Numbered from the stretch's first letter, positions 44,418 through 56,743 are shown. The stretch is DNA of 64,000 bases from Schizochytrium sp. TIO01 (GCA_004764695.1 SMSO01000035.1:62001-126000), one strand, 5' to 3'. Translations and numbers: made by a program. Notes: generated by a model not told the origin, from the letters alone.

Positions 44418-47295
44418 TTAAATACTCCTCCGCACACGCCTTTGTCCCACGCTCCCTTTCGAGCGCCTTCACCTGTACACAACCAACCGCCAGGGACCAC
44501 GTGTTCAACCGCCGTTTGCACACGAGTCGACGATCGTTCAGGATTTAGGAGCGAAGATCACACGCCACGACAATGTTTTTGTTTATTAACATTAAACAAA
44601 CAAAAAGAACACAAAGAAGAAAATCACGACCCGATCATCCGCATCGTATCCATGTGGAAATGGTCATAGTAAAACGCACATCATCTACGTCAGTCTCCAG
44701 GTCTTTTCCCCGTCACCTTCGCCCCCCTCTGTAATAGTCTGCAAACGCCCCGCGCTGCTCCTGGTTGCCTCGCTGCCTGCCAGGTTGTACTCCCCTGTTT
44801 AATTGAACAAGCAATTCGACAAACTTCTATCTATAATACATATATAACAGAAAAGACAGGAAGAAAGAAACAGAAAGTTTCACGCGAAAAAGAACAATAA
44901 GGCCTGTTAAGAGGTCCTACTTCTCTATCTAGCAAAAACTGCCTGCCCGGGCGCCGCCGGCTCCTCCGATGCGGCCAAAGTTGCCGGCCAAGGTCTGCGG
45001 AGGCCTATGGGGGCTCCAGTATCTGCCTCTGGTCGCTCCCGCCCTCGCCTCGGGCCACCGGTTTGCCCCCTATAGGATGAATGCCTGAGTCGCAGGGTAG
45101 CTTGGGTGTGGCAACCTCAACAACATCTTCATTTCACTGTTATTCAAACAGGCCGCATCCACGCATCCCATCCTAGCAAAGACGCACGGACACGCCTATC
45201 CACTGGCCGCAAGCTGAGAGGTATTCCGCAACCTCGAAGCCTCGCAGTTTGCCCTCCCTGCTGCCGGCACGCGCCTCGCCTCGCCTCTCCTTGCCGCCGC
45301 CGTCCGTGGGACCATCGCGCGAACCTACCTCAAGGAACCTTTTCCGAGACTGCTTCGGCTCATCGCTTGCTCGTCTTGGCTCTTCCCTCTTTTCTTAATC
45401 CTGGGGCTCCACTATGGTTTATCCTCCCCTCAATACGAGATATTCATTTTACACTATAGAGTATAGGTTTCGTACAGTGAACTCTTTCCAGCCTCAGTAG
45501 ACTATTCGTCGATCATCAGGCGTGCTCGGCTCTTGGGCGCTATAACCCACTTGTGAAGGGTATAGTTCACTATGGAGTCCCCGCTGTCTACTGTAACCCA
45601 GGCGTATAGTCTACTTGTATCCCATCCACTGCACAGGCTTGCGTCCTTTGGGATCGTAGCCCTCCTCTACACTGGCCTCGATCTCCCTCTTGCCCACTGC
45701 CTCACAGCCACTGGCCCATTGTGAGGGGGAAACATGAGAACCTGTCAGTGTAGAGGTAGCCCTCTGAGGCAGAGGCACCCGTGCTCGTCATGCTACGCCA
45801 CATGTCACTGCGGGGCCTTTATGTGGGATTAGGGGCGCTAAAGCTTCCACTTTTAATCTTCCGGCCACGTGCACACTACGACCAAGGTCCTCAGTGTACT
45901 CAGAGGGAGCGTTTTCAAAAACGTGCCTTCGTGTCCCGAAGGTCGGCGACCACGTCATTCATCACTCTCACTTGTTTGCCCTTCCATTCTTTCGCGGGGA
46001 CTCGCGCGCTGCCCCCTCCACCTCACCCTTGCCAAGGCCTCCTTTCCTCTCAGCTTCCCATCATTGAAAGTGACGAAACCAAAGCAAACCAAACCAAAGC
46101 AAACAAGCAACTTGAACCCAATAAAAATAACAACTTGAAACCAATAAACAAACAAACCAACCAACCTCAATAGAGATCCGCAGGAAACAAGAAGGGGCAA
46201 AGGCAAAAAGAGAGAAGGCCTTCTTCCTTTCCTTCTTTCCTTTCCTTTCTGTTTCATCCCTGTCAAACAGAGCGAATAAGAAGTTATTCTCCAAATCGTT
46301 ATGTATAACCGATCTCGTCATCATGGCAGACAGAGCCAAGAAACCTCGCGTCTTAAGCCTGACTGACTGACTGACGGACTTCAGTATGTCTGTTCTTATG
46401 TCAGTGTGTCTGCGCTTTGGCTGCCTTTCACTGTGCAGGTGACGTCCCAACTCGCCTTTTTGCATTCTACTGCGCAGAGAGAGGGAGAGAAGGCAAACTT
46501 GCTTGAAGAAGAAGCCTCCTTCCTTTCCTCCAACGGCCGCCAACGTTCACGATTCTGCTCTTCTTCGCTGCCTTTGGGCCGATCGGCATCGACGGCGGCG
46601 CAGAGGACGATGGCACAGCGACGCTGACGATTGATGCTGCGTTGCGTTACGCTGCGTTGCGTTGCGTTGCATGATAGCGAAGAGATTGAATGGAATGGGG
46701 TGAGATGGATGTCAACTAAGGACATAAGCGGAGCGCCTCTTTCCTTAAGGTCTTGAGAACAATGGAAAAGAAGAAACAAACAAACAAACAATCAAACAGA
46801 CAAACAGTGCAACAGAAAGAAAATAAGAAACAAACAAATAAAGAAAGCAAATAAAGAAAGCAAAGTTATTTCTTTCTTTCTATAACCTGTATGTATATAG
46901 GTTACTTACCTTCTCAGTAGAGTGGAGGGCGCACACCAGAATCACAGCAGTCAGTATTTTGGCAAAGCTCGAGTTGGCAACAGCCGATCGATCGAGCCGC
47001 CAAACCATTTATCTATCTGTCTATCTGTCTATCTATCGCCCGATCGACGACGCGGCACAGCAGATCACAGCACAGCACAGCACAGCACAGCAGCCAAGCA
47101 GCGACGAGGGCGACAGCGAGAAGAACGAACGAACGGAAACTTACGATAGACCCCGCCGCCTGAATATCCTTCCTTCGCTCTCCAGCCCGTTTCCCGAAAA
47201 GGGCCACCGGGGGCAGGCTGGAACTCTGCGCCGCCCTCCTTTCCCCTCTTAGGTGACAGTCTGTCGCACGTTGGACCTCTTTCATAGCAAAATTA

Positions 47296-47387
47296 TCATT
47301 CATTCATTCATTCATTCATTCATTCATTCATTTACTTATTCGTTCATTTACTTATTCATTCATTCATTTACGTATTCACGCATTCAT
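47296..47387. repeat. (TCAT)n imperfect microsatellite
   Basis: Directly visible. Confidence 0.9.
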
Positions 47388-48097
47388 GAGCAGAAAACGC
47401 GGGCGTAGGGCTGCATAGTGCAACGATAGGACGTCATGGTAATAGTTATTCTTTCGCTGATTCTCCTGAGAGCCAATACACGTACTGAGTAGCTAGCTAT
47501 ATCCTGCCTTTCAAATGAATGAATAGTACCTACGATCGATCTCATCTACCTGAAGCCAAAAGCTAGCTGTGTATCCTAGATCGTTCGAAATTGATCAGGA
47601 GACAAGGCCTGAGCACGAAAGAAGGCTCCGCCGACGCCTCTTTCCTCGGCTCCGCGAGAAGGCCACGTCTTCATTCTTCATTGAGGCTCCTTCGCCCTTC
47701 ATGCAGTAATGCTCGTTCATGTTCAAGGCATTGGCTGCACTTTCAATTCTGAATTGTAATGATGAAAGTTTTTTTATAGCCTTTTTAATCCGTCATAGTA
47801 GGCATCATATTTTCCTCCAAAGTTTTTTTCAATCTAAATAGAACAACTCGAAACCTCAATAATTATACTTCTAATTAATTTCAAAAATTATTATTATTAA
47901 AAAATTAAAAGCTTGAAAAAGCTAAGGCCGCGATAATAACTGCAACCCAGCAAGGGGTCGCCCTCTCGCCCCTCTGTGTAACCACCGCTACCGCAAAAGG
48001 TAAGGGCGCCGCCCGTACAGCCGATCCCGTCGCCTCCACCGACGCGTCAAGGCTCGCTCGAGGGCGCCCAGCTCTGCTCCGGCCGTGGCGCCACGCC

Positions 48098-48280
48098 CAA
48101 AGGAAGAAAGAAAGCAAAGAAGAAAAAGAAAGAAAGAAAGCAAAGAAGAAAAAGAAAGAAGGAGAGAACTTCAAACCAGTAAAAGAAGGAAAGAAAGCAA
48201 AAAGAAGAAAAAGAAAGAAAGAAAGAAAGCAAAGAAGAAAAAGGAAGAAGGAGAGAACTTCAAACCAGTAAAAGAATTAA
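48098..48280. repeat. Purine-rich low-complexity tract with an internal duplication
   Basis: GAAGGAGAGAACTTCAAACCAGTAAAAGAA occurs twice within AAGAAAG repeats. Confidence 0.85.
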
Positions 48281-49217
48281 TAAGTTGATGAATGAATGGG
48301 TCAATGGACAAACAACTCGAGAAAGCCCATACGTACCTTGAAGGCGAAGCGAGCGAGGGGCTGAAGCTGGCTAGCTCGCTAGCTACCGCTCCCTGCCAAG
48401 GAGCCGTCTTAGCTCGCTCGCTGGCTAGCGACCGCGAGCACGGGCGTGGCGGCGCTGGCCTCTCGAATCTGCGACGAATCGGACATTCGAGAGAGAGGAG
48501 ATCGACGATGAATTAGAGTAGAAGGGAGGTAGTGCATACCTACTACTACTACTACTACTAATATTGATACTACTACTGCCCAGAGATGAGATGAAGGGGT
48601 ATAGTTTATACTATAAGACCCTACCCAGTTATTTATTCTTCTAAACTTTTTCATTTTTCATTAAATATTTTAACTTAAATTAAAATGACAATAGCGATAT
48701 AGCAATATGTAAAGGATTGAGTATTTTATTTGTATTCTAGTTTTTGCAGGCCAATTGAACAATAATAAGAACAAAAGATGAGCTTGCCTAGCAGCGGTAG
48801 CACCTGAGAGAAGGCGCATAAGGGCCTAAGGGTAGCTTTTGCTATTTTTAATCAAATGCCCCGCCAAAAGGTAGGTAGGTAGGTAGGTACATTGTTGAAA
48901 GAATGAAGATTGAAGCCACACGCGTTCCTATTGGGTAGAACGGTGGTCGAAAGATTGGAACAGTTCCGTTCTATTTTGATAGGAGATGTTCTAATAGAAC
49001 GGTAGATCTAGTTGTTCTTGAAGTCACAGGAGTTCTGAATGTTCCAGGGGTTCACGCATGGCTTTCCGTGGTACGACCTGCCTAGCACTACCTACTATAG
49101 TATGTGGGATGACGAGAAGTTGATAACGGAGAATGTTTGGTCTTCTACGGTATGTACTTAGGTGAGTACCGTGCGTCAAAACGAGATTTGAAGAGGCTCG
49201 CGGAACTGGCCTCAAGA

Positions 49218-51464
49218 ATGCCACCTCACGAGCTGGAGGAGGGAGGAGAAGAGGAAGAGGAAGAAGAAGAAGAAGCCATGGATGACGTGATTGTGGTCAT
49301 ATCGTCGTCTTCGGAAGCTGACGTTGATACAGGTTCTGTTTGTGCGAAAAGAAACTCGCAAAAGGCATCTTCAGCCTCTTCTTTGCAGTCTGCGTCTCGA
49401 GCTTCTCCGCCAGTGCCACAGAAGGACGTGGAAATTCAAGACTCCTCAAAGCCGAAATCGCCACAAAGCTCGGAAGAGATTGGCGACCATGTGGGAATCT
49501 TAGCAGCCACTGCAAAACGAAAACAGGAATTTAGATTTGCGATTAGGGCAAGTGGTGTCATCTTTGGCAGGGGGAAACTTCTGCTGGATCGTGCACCACA
49601 AGACAAAAAACTCACAGTGCCAGATCCTGAAATCTCTCGCAAACACTTGAGACTTTGGTTGGATGACTCATGTAAATTGTGGCACGTCCAAGATCTTGGC
49701 AGTCTTAATGGATCATCCCTTAATGGAAAAACTCTCTCAAAGGATGACCCCGCCACACCGGTTTCTCTTGGAGACAAACTTGTCCTGGGCAGTTGGCGCT
49801 TCACGCTCGAGGTGTGTCGATGTCGAGACTGTTTACCGACATGCGTTGAAAAAGGAGAACCCCAAAGCCCCACTTCTTCAACTGAAAATAGCGCAAAGCG
49901 CGCAAATGACAAACGCTCTGAATCAGGAAATAACAAAAACATCATAGAGGATGGTGAGCAGATCAAGCCTCCTTCATTAGGTCGGTGCCTTGCATGTGCA
50001 ACGGATCTGTCCTTAATGTCGCTTGAACATCAGAATCAGCACATGTACGCTTGCATGGAAAATAATAAGGTCATAGATAATTTGGCCCTTCACACTGACG
50101 CTCCCAAAACTGCGCGTAAACGCCGTACCCCTTCTGGAGGCAAAGCCGCACGAGAATCTCTTCTTGCCACAAGTACTGTCCTTTCTGTACAAAAGACGAC
50201 CATCCGCAAGGGTGCAAGCAAACAAATTAAACCACTGTTGCTTTCGAGCTCGATTCCTCAAAGTGTAGCAGAGGTTAGCAAACGCATGGACCTTGTCGAC
50301 GCACGCATTCACGAGCTTCAAGCCTATCGTCTCAAACTCGCTGCCTACCTTACAGATGCACAGACACTCCAAGATGCTTTACTTGATTCGGGCTCTGACA
50401 CTGCCATGGAAAGCGACCATTTGGTCAACGCGAGTGATAGCTCTGAGCTCAAACTGTTTATGGACATCAATGAAAATAGCAGAAGAGATGTCGGATTAGC
50501 AGCTGCTTTATCTTCATCTCCTGTACCTCCCTTTTCTAAATTTCTTTCATCCTCCTCGTCTGATGAAAGCATTGTCATTGAGCGCCCAATCACGCTTAAG
50601 AAACGCACACCAGCACAACTTCGACAAAGACAGCAAAATGTAGATAAGAGTTTGATTGACCTTTTAGACTCCGATGACAAAAGCACTGGTAGCGAGAAGG
50701 ATGAAGCAAATGCAAAAGAAATCTCCTCAAGCGGGGATCAGTTAAAACCTATCGCAAGTGCACAAAATGATGCTGAGGAGGAAGAGGAGGAAGAAGAAGA
50801 AGAATATGACGATATTGTCGCAAACTTATGTGGTCCTTCGACCGCAACAAAGGATGGGCTTACTCCAGGAAACACAAAGAAAAAAAACTCGATATGGGCA
50901 ATCACCAAACAATGCTCTGCATCCCCCATGCTTTCTAGTCCTTCAAGATTCCGAACATCACTTCTGGACATCTCATCCTCATCTATTGACATCACACCAA
51001 TTCAGCCCCGTAAGGAAGCAAGCACAGCACCCTTTTCATCGTCTTCGACCTCCTCTGCAACGCCTGAGCTTGCTGTGATTTCTCGTAGAGATCTTCAACG
51101 CTCCTTGGCAGAGGCTGGCGTGGCTTCGGAGGGCACCTCGTCACGAACTGATCTCGAGCGGGATTTCCGGCAAATGATTGGCCAAGCCCAATCAAATACA
51201 ACTGCATCCAATGATAGTACAACAATCACTCAAGCATCCCTTGACGGATTAACCGGTCCTGCCAAAGAACAGGCTCTAAACATGGCAATATGTGAGGCAA
51301 TTACGCAGACGATGAGGAATGAGCGTATTTATGAGGATATGCTTATGAACAAGTGTGTCCATCTAGCTGCAGTGCAGGCCGCCTTGAAAGATTCAGGTAT
51401 CAAAGTGCCACGCGTGCGTCTAGCTCATTTTTTAGATCATCACGGCGTGACATTTAAGCCATGA
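49218..51464 (+). CDS. FHA-domain protein with a UBZ-like zinc finger and SLX4-like C-terminus
   Basis: FHA: IFGRG...ISRKHL...DLGSLNGSSLNG. CLAC...H...C zinc finger. The C-terminal IYEDML...GIKVPRVRLAHFLDHHGVTF resembles the SLX1-binding domain of SLX4. ATG at 49218 is the likely start. Confidence 0.75.
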   Translation: MPPHELEEGGEEEEEEEEEAMDDVIVVISSSSEADVDTGSVCAKRNSQKASSASSLQSASRASPPVPQKDVEIQDSSKPKSPQSSEEIGDHVGILAATAKRKQEFRFAIRASGVIFGRGKLLLDRAPQDKKLTVPDPEISRKHLRLWLDDSCKLWHVQDLGSLNGSSLNGKTLSKDDPATPVSLGDKLVLGSWRFTLEVCRCRDCLPTCVEKGEPQSPTSSTENSAKRANDKRSESGNNKNIIEDGEQIKPPSLGRCLACATDLSLMSLEHQNQHMYACMENNKVIDNLALHTDAPKTARKRRTPSGGKAARESLLATSTVLSVQKTTIRKGASKQIKPLLLSSSIPQSVAEVSKRMDLVDARIHELQAYRLKLAAYLTDAQTLQDALLDSGSDTAMESDHLVNASDSSELKLFMDINENSRRDVGLAAALSSSPVPPFSKFLSSSSSDESIVIERPITLKKRTPAQLRQRQQNVDKSLIDLLDSDDKSTGSEKDEANAKEISSSGDQLKPIASAQNDAEEEEEEEEEEYDDIVANLCGPSTATKDGLTPGNTKKKNSIWAITKQCSASPMLSSPSRFRTSLLDISSSSIDITPIQPRKEASTAPFSSSSTSSATPELAVISRRDLQRSLAEAGVASEGTSSRTDLERDFRQMIGQAQSNTTASNDSTTITQASLDGLTGPAKEQALNMAICEAITQTMRNERIYEDMLMNKCVHLAAVQAALKDSGIKVPRVRLAHFLDHHGVTFKP

Positions 51465-52031
51465 TGTTGCTTCTTTTAAAGTGAAATACTTTAGTAAACT
51501 TCATTCTGCATGCTTGCATTATTATTTAATTATGTAAAAACCTAGAAAGTGTCTAGATTTGACAAGTTTTGACTCTTCTTCCTTAATTAGGACTCTGATT
51601 GAGTGACTCCCAATTTGTGAAATCAGTAACAGCTCCCCTTCAACAAGTATTCATTTTGAGCGCTACTTGTTGTCACGTTCTATGACTACCGGTGGTCGAC
51701 AAACTTGAGCAATTCTGCTGACAACATGAATCGAAATGTACAAAGTGTGAATTAGTTTGAAAGACGAGACCATATCGTCAGCAACCCTACATCCAACAAC
51801 TAGAGCTAAGCTTTACCATCATCATCAAGTCTGTATGCTTTTTTTATTATTTTAAAAAATGTCTAAAAAATGTAATCGCGGAATTAAGGTAGTAAATGGT
51901 TGGGACAGGGATACATTCTCAAAGCAGTTCTTCTGGATGTGCACATCGAATGAGAATGAACCGCTCTCAGCGTGGTCTAAGGGTTTGTTTTTACGAAGTA
52001 GAGATGTCTGTCTAATATCACGTGTCGCTAA

Positions 52032-54770
52032 TTATTCGCCATCAACAATTGAAGGCAGGTCAGAGTCATCATCGCTATCATTGTCAGCGACAATTTCTCT
52101 TGAGATCACCTTGGTCTCAACAGTGACAGAGGTCAGGACTTCTTCTTCTTCTTCTTCTTCTTCCTCATCCTCCTCGGCCTCGTCATCCTCCTCTTGTTCT
52201 TCTTTGTCTTCTGCTTCCTCGTCCTCCTCTTGTTCTTGTTCTTGTTCTTGTTCTTGCTCTTCTGCTTCCTCATCCTCCTCTTGTTCTTGTTCTTGTTCTT
52301 GCTCTTCCTCGTCCTCGTCATTGCTAGCATTCTTCGTGTTTGTGGTGGTAATGGCAGCCTCGTTATCGTCTTCCATTTCCTCAGCCTCGTCCTCTTCCTC
52401 GGCCATGTTTCCGCCTAAACCCGAGATGGCCGGCATTACAAATTCATCTTCATCACGACCCTCTTCCTCATTATCCACGTACGCCTCGAGGCGCCGCGGT
52501 GCGCCCACAACGGGAGCCACAGGATGCAGAATTGCAAGACAGCTTGCACGAGCAGCATACGCGAACTCAACGACGGGTGGCACAGGGTCACGCAAGCAGT
52601 GGCCAAAGATCACTAGGGCAGTCGGTGTTGCAGACGAAGTACCCACACGGAGCACAGGCGCAAGTACTGAGGCTTGCAGAGCTTTCAAAAGAGCTAATCT
52701 GAAATCAGCGTCGCGTGTACTTGCTGATACTTCATTCAAAAGAATCGACGAGCCACCCAGAATTGGCTGGAGTGCATCAAGCAAAGCGGCATCAAACATG
52801 TCACGCGAAGCGCGTGAAAGGTCAGCTCCAATCGTGGTCAGCAGAACAGAACTAACGTGCAATGCAGTCTTAGCAGCTTCCATCTCCACGAGCACAGTAC
52901 CAGGACCTGAGGGAGCACGCGACACTGCACGAGCAGCCACACGACGCTTCTTCGAGGCGCGACCCTTAATTTGGCTAGCCACATTCTGAGCAACCTTCTC
53001 GTCCTGGTCACGGACGTGTCCTTCACACACGAAGGTCACAAGCTCCGCAGTTCGACCGAGACACGCCTCGGCAACATGTGTGCCAATTCCAGGTCCAAAG
53101 GCTAGCGATAGAGAGCGGCATGCATCAAGCACAGCGCATTCGAGCTGAACGGGGCAGCTAGAGGGCGGGAGCGCTAAAAGGCGCTCCATAAGACCAGTAA
53201 GAGTGGACCTGTGACGGAGAAGTTTAAGACCAGCAACAGCAGCGATGTCAGCCAAGCATGAAAGTGTGGCACCGGCAGTCTGAGCGAATGACGGGTGCTT
53301 GGCGCAAGTAGTGGCGGCCAGACCGAGTTCGAGCAGCTCCACAAGCGGCTCCGTGGTAATTTCAAGAAACAAGCCACCCTGTGCAACACGGAGAGCGTTG
53401 CCGAGAGTAGCACTGAGGCCCTGGTAAGCTGTAGCAGGGGAAATTGCACTGGCCAGTGCAAAGGATCCAGTGTGGACCTCCTTGCTTAGTTGAGGCACGC
53501 CCTGGAGGCCAGGGAAAAAGTCCGAGACCTTGCCAGAACCTGAGGACTCTGGAGTCTCTTCAAGTTGCCCAGTCTCCTGGACTTTCCTAGCGCGGAGTGT
53601 CGGTCTCTGGGCCAATACGCCACGAACCTTGACCTTGTATAACGACTTCAGTAGGTCCACCATGCCATTGACGCAGATAGAAGTGACAGCTTCCCACGCG
53701 ACGCTTGTGTTGCCTCCATATGCCACAGGAAGCCTGGCCATGACACGAGCTGCCCTCGCCTGAAGCTGCGGGCCGGCAGATCCAGCAATGAGCAGTTTGC
53801 AGGCTTGGTCGACCTGGCTCGCTGCATTCCTGCACACAGACGGGTTGATGCGAAGAATCTCTTCAATAGCTTCAAGAACCTCGTCAAGGTCTGCCTCAAA
53901 GCCTCCTGCACTACCCCAGCTCGCTCCAACCGCTGAAGCTTCGGCAAGCGCTCGGAAACCACGTGCCAGTACCACTACGATTTGCGAGATCTGTGCCTGT
54001 GAGTCCGAGCTTAGGGCCGCAGTCGTTGTTGCCTGGCGGTCTCGAGCACGGACAACCTCTACAAGAGCCCTTGCAAAAACTGCGGGTGAATTTACACCAG
54101 CGCGTGCTGCCAGCCGGTTCACAGTCTCCATGTAAACCGCAAAGTTCTCGTCAACGTCCCGCACAGAGCATTGTGCAAGTGAGTCGGCTGCGAGGCCTCC
54201 AATGAGTCTCTGGAGAGAGCGGTTATTACGGTTCGCAGTCTCACCGAGAAGAACGTGCCACCTTCGCTGTGCTTTAGCCCTTGCCTTATCTCCTCTGCTC
54301 GCCTCAGCACCAGAGGCTACCAAGGCACTGCCACTGCCGTCACCCTTCCACGCAGCATCCCGCTCTACAGCGTCTGCAAGAGGCCGCTGCGATCTCAGTG
54401 CCGCTCGCAAAGCCTGTGCTGTTGCAGAAAACTCTTGTTGCAAGCGGTTGAGTTTTGCGGCCTCCACAGCGGTCTCACTAGCACTGCCATCCTGGACGTC
54501 GTTCTTGTTGGCATTCTTCAAATTATAGTTAGAGTTGTCCTTGCTCTCATTGCTGTTGTCATCTCCAAGGATGCCAGCCAGGGCACGAGAGCGTTTCCTG
54601 CGAGGTGCCGAAGAGGCCAACGGTGCAGAGGTGGCATTGTTGGAGGACGAGTTGCTCGAGGCGGCGTCCACCCGCTCCTGCGCGATGTCAATCTCAGAAG
54701 CCAAGCCAGCGGCATGCTCGAGCCATTCGCACAGGGCACCAGCGTCCAGTGCGGAACCCTTAAACCCCAT
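52032..54770 (-). CDS. RIX1/PELP1-like pre-rRNA-processing protein (helical repeats plus acidic tail)
   Basis: Long Ala/Leu-rich helical body, CLAILHPVAP motif, Glu-rich tail, and terminal SDDDSDLPSIVD. The family call is from recalled motifs. Confidence 0.7.
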   Translation of the reverse strand: MGFKGSALDAGALCEWLEHAAGLASEIDIAQERVDAASSNSSSNNATSAPLASSAPRRKRSRALAGILGDDNSNESKDNSNYNLKNANKNDVQDGSASETAVEAAKLNRLQQEFSATAQALRAALRSQRPLADAVERDAAWKGDGSGSALVASGAEASRGDKARAKAQRRWHVLLGETANRNNRSLQRLIGGLAADSLAQCSVRDVDENFAVYMETVNRLAARAGVNSPAVFARALVEVVRARDRQATTTAALSSDSQAQISQIVVVLARGFRALAEASAVGASWGSAGGFEADLDEVLEAIEEILRINPSVCRNAASQVDQACKLLIAGSAGPQLQARAARVMARLPVAYGGNTSVAWEAVTSICVNGMVDLLKSLYKVKVRGVLAQRPTLRARKVQETGQLEETPESSGSGKVSDFFPGLQGVPQLSKEVHTGSFALASAISPATAYQGLSATLGNALRVAQGGLFLEITTEPLVELLELGLAATTCAKHPSFAQTAGATLSCLADIAAVAGLKLLRHRSTLTGLMERLLALPPSSCPVQLECAVLDACRSLSLAFGPGIGTHVAEACLGRTAELVTFVCEGHVRDQDEKVAQNVASQIKGRASKKRRVAARAVSRAPSGPGTVLVEMEAAKTALHVSSVLLTTIGADLSRASRDMFDAALLDALQPILGGSSILLNEVSASTRDADFRLALLKALQASVLAPVLRVGTSSATPTALVIFGHCLRDPVPPVVEFAYAARASCLAILHPVAPVVGAPRRLEAYVDNEEEGRDEDEFVMPAISGLGGNMAEEEDEAEEMEDDNEAAITTTNTKNASNDEDEEEQEQEQEQEEDEEAEEQEQEQEQEQEEDEEAEDKEEQEEDDEAEEDEEEEEEEEEVLTSVTVETKVISREIVADNDSDDDSDLPSIVDGE

Positions 54771-56049
54771 GACGCCCAGCTAAACCAATGCCACGCTGCT
54801 TGCGCTCTTGGTGGCCAGGTTATTGTTGGATTGTCTGCCACAGTTCTGTCTCTTCAAGTTGCGCTGTGGAAGTGCTATTTTAAGAACTTGAGTGGTTGAT
54901 ACGCAGCGCTTTAAATAGCATACTATTACACATTAATGCGCCCTTTCCATATCAGATCTTTAATATTTATTAGGCAACATAGAGTAGCTAATACTTTGAT
55001 AGAATTCCACAACCCAGTTTTCTTCTTTACTGTAAACTATAAAAGAGGGACACAGAAAAGGAGTGCAGCTGCTTCTGAGCATCGGAAAAAGAAGTTGTAA
55101 CCATTAAAAATTAAAATTGCGAATCGCAGGTTTTGGTTGAACTCAAAGAGCTTGAGCAAGACTCGAGGGGTTGCTGAAGGTATTGAATATACGATACGGT
55201 TTACTTTGTAAGAGCTATGTTATTTAATTTTTGAATGTGCTGCCTGCAATTACCATTTCGTTAAGCTTGGGTTTGCCAGTCGATTTATATGATGACGGAG
55301 GACCTCCTGGTGCTGACTTTCTGGTACTTTAAGTTTTAAATATTGATAACATTGCAAGAGCAGCACATACAAAATAGTGATACAAATCAAAATTATACAA
55401 TTTCTCTTTTTCGAAATTTGGATGGCTCTTCATCACCATACTGACAAATGAACTCACTGTAAAGTGAGATCGACGATTCTTCCTTGCAGATAAATATAAT
55501 ATTTGGGAAGTATCCTCCATATTTAGTCTCTGCAACCATTTTCCATTCTCGAGTAGTTATCATCCACACACTTTGCACGTGATAATTCTTCTAAAATAGA
55601 AAGAGCTAAAAGATTCAACCCGATTTTCTCTCTCTACATGAAGCCACATTAAACAACTTCAGCAGCACTCTTGAATCAAGTCTCTTACACCGTGGCTAAT
55701 GCAGGTACCAAGCAAAGAGGAGACTGCTCAAGGCTGTGGCCTCCCTCATTGAGTTTGCATCACTTGTCACTGCCCGTGTAGCCAATGAGGAGTCCAATCT
55801 CTGCTCCAGAGTAGTACTGCAAATGCCACAACTCATTTTGCAACTTCTGCGTCCTGCTTACTAGCACACCACTACCTAACACCTATGAAGTCCCTAGAGT
55901 AGTGCCACTCAGTATGTAGTAGTGAAAGCCTACTAGGCCTCCTCCTCCTACTACTACATCTACATCTACATACGAGGAGGTCCCGCCCCTTCAAACCGCG
56001 ATCTCCTGCACCTCGCCTGTTTGCGTCCCTCTGCTTTTCACAAACAACC

Positions 56050-56743
56050 ATGTGGCCTGGATCCTCCTCCCAGAACGAAGACGACAGTCTCTCCGTCGAC
56101 TTCGACCCCGATTGGTACGTTGCCACAGAATGCCTTCTGCGTTTGTGTGAATGATTCATCTCTTTGCTCTCTCTGTTTGCCTCTTGTTCTTGCACGACTC
56201 AATCTTTCATATCCGGAGTCACTCAGAAACTAAATTCACCGACTTGGCTCGTCCACGAGTTGCTCGTGCAGAGGCCCTCTTCAGCAGAACACCTTTGCTA
56301 AAGCGTAAGCGGAGAGAGCAGTTAAGCCATCGAGGCCTGCTTTGGTGAACCTTTAGCTAACGTTCGCTATCTTGGCGCTTTGTATATTTATTCACTCTGC
56401 ATTCCCTTCTTTCTGTTATCTATGTACATTCGTTGATTCATTCATACGTTCACTCACAAAACGATATTCTGTTGAGCGGTGCACGGGTTCGCTGGGTGTG
56501 CTCATTTCTGGTTGCGTTACTTGATATTGCGGACCTGGCAGGTACGCGAAGTACGAGGAGGAGCAGAAGAAGAGACACCGTGACTTGGTGATCGCCAACG
56601 CGGGCTACGGGTACCTGTTTGGTCAGGTCATTGGCACCTCCGCGTACGTGCTTCAGACCCGTCACGCTGGCCCGCAAGCACTCTCTGCTGGTGCATTTAT
56701 GGGCGTGTGCCTCTCTGTGGGCTTCCTCTTCCGCTCTTTGTAA
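56050..56743 (+). CDS. Small two-exon membrane protein (88 aa), Romo1/Mgr2-like
   Basis: Exon 1 is 56050-56114 (MWPGSSSQNEDDSLSVDFDPD, donor GTACGT). Exon 2 is 56542-56743 after a CAG (WYAKYEEEQKKRHRDLVIANAGYGYLFGQVIG...AGAFMGVCLSVGFLFRSL*). The frame is continuous across the junction, with two Gly-rich hydrophobic segments. The family assignment is tentative. Confidence 0.75.

Noticed and set aside
47925-48100. GC-rich block as SRP RNA, snRNA or tRNA
   Set aside because: No recognisable conserved motif or cloverleaf by eye; it cannot be supported without a covariance search.
45781-48654. Short ORFs between ARF B and the FHA gene
   Set aside because: They derive from microsatellite and low-complexity sequence and show no recognisable domains.
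51859-52989. 376-aa plus-strand Ser/Cys-rich ORF
   Set aside because: It is the antisense shadow of the Glu-rich tail of the minus-strand RIX1/PELP1-like gene.
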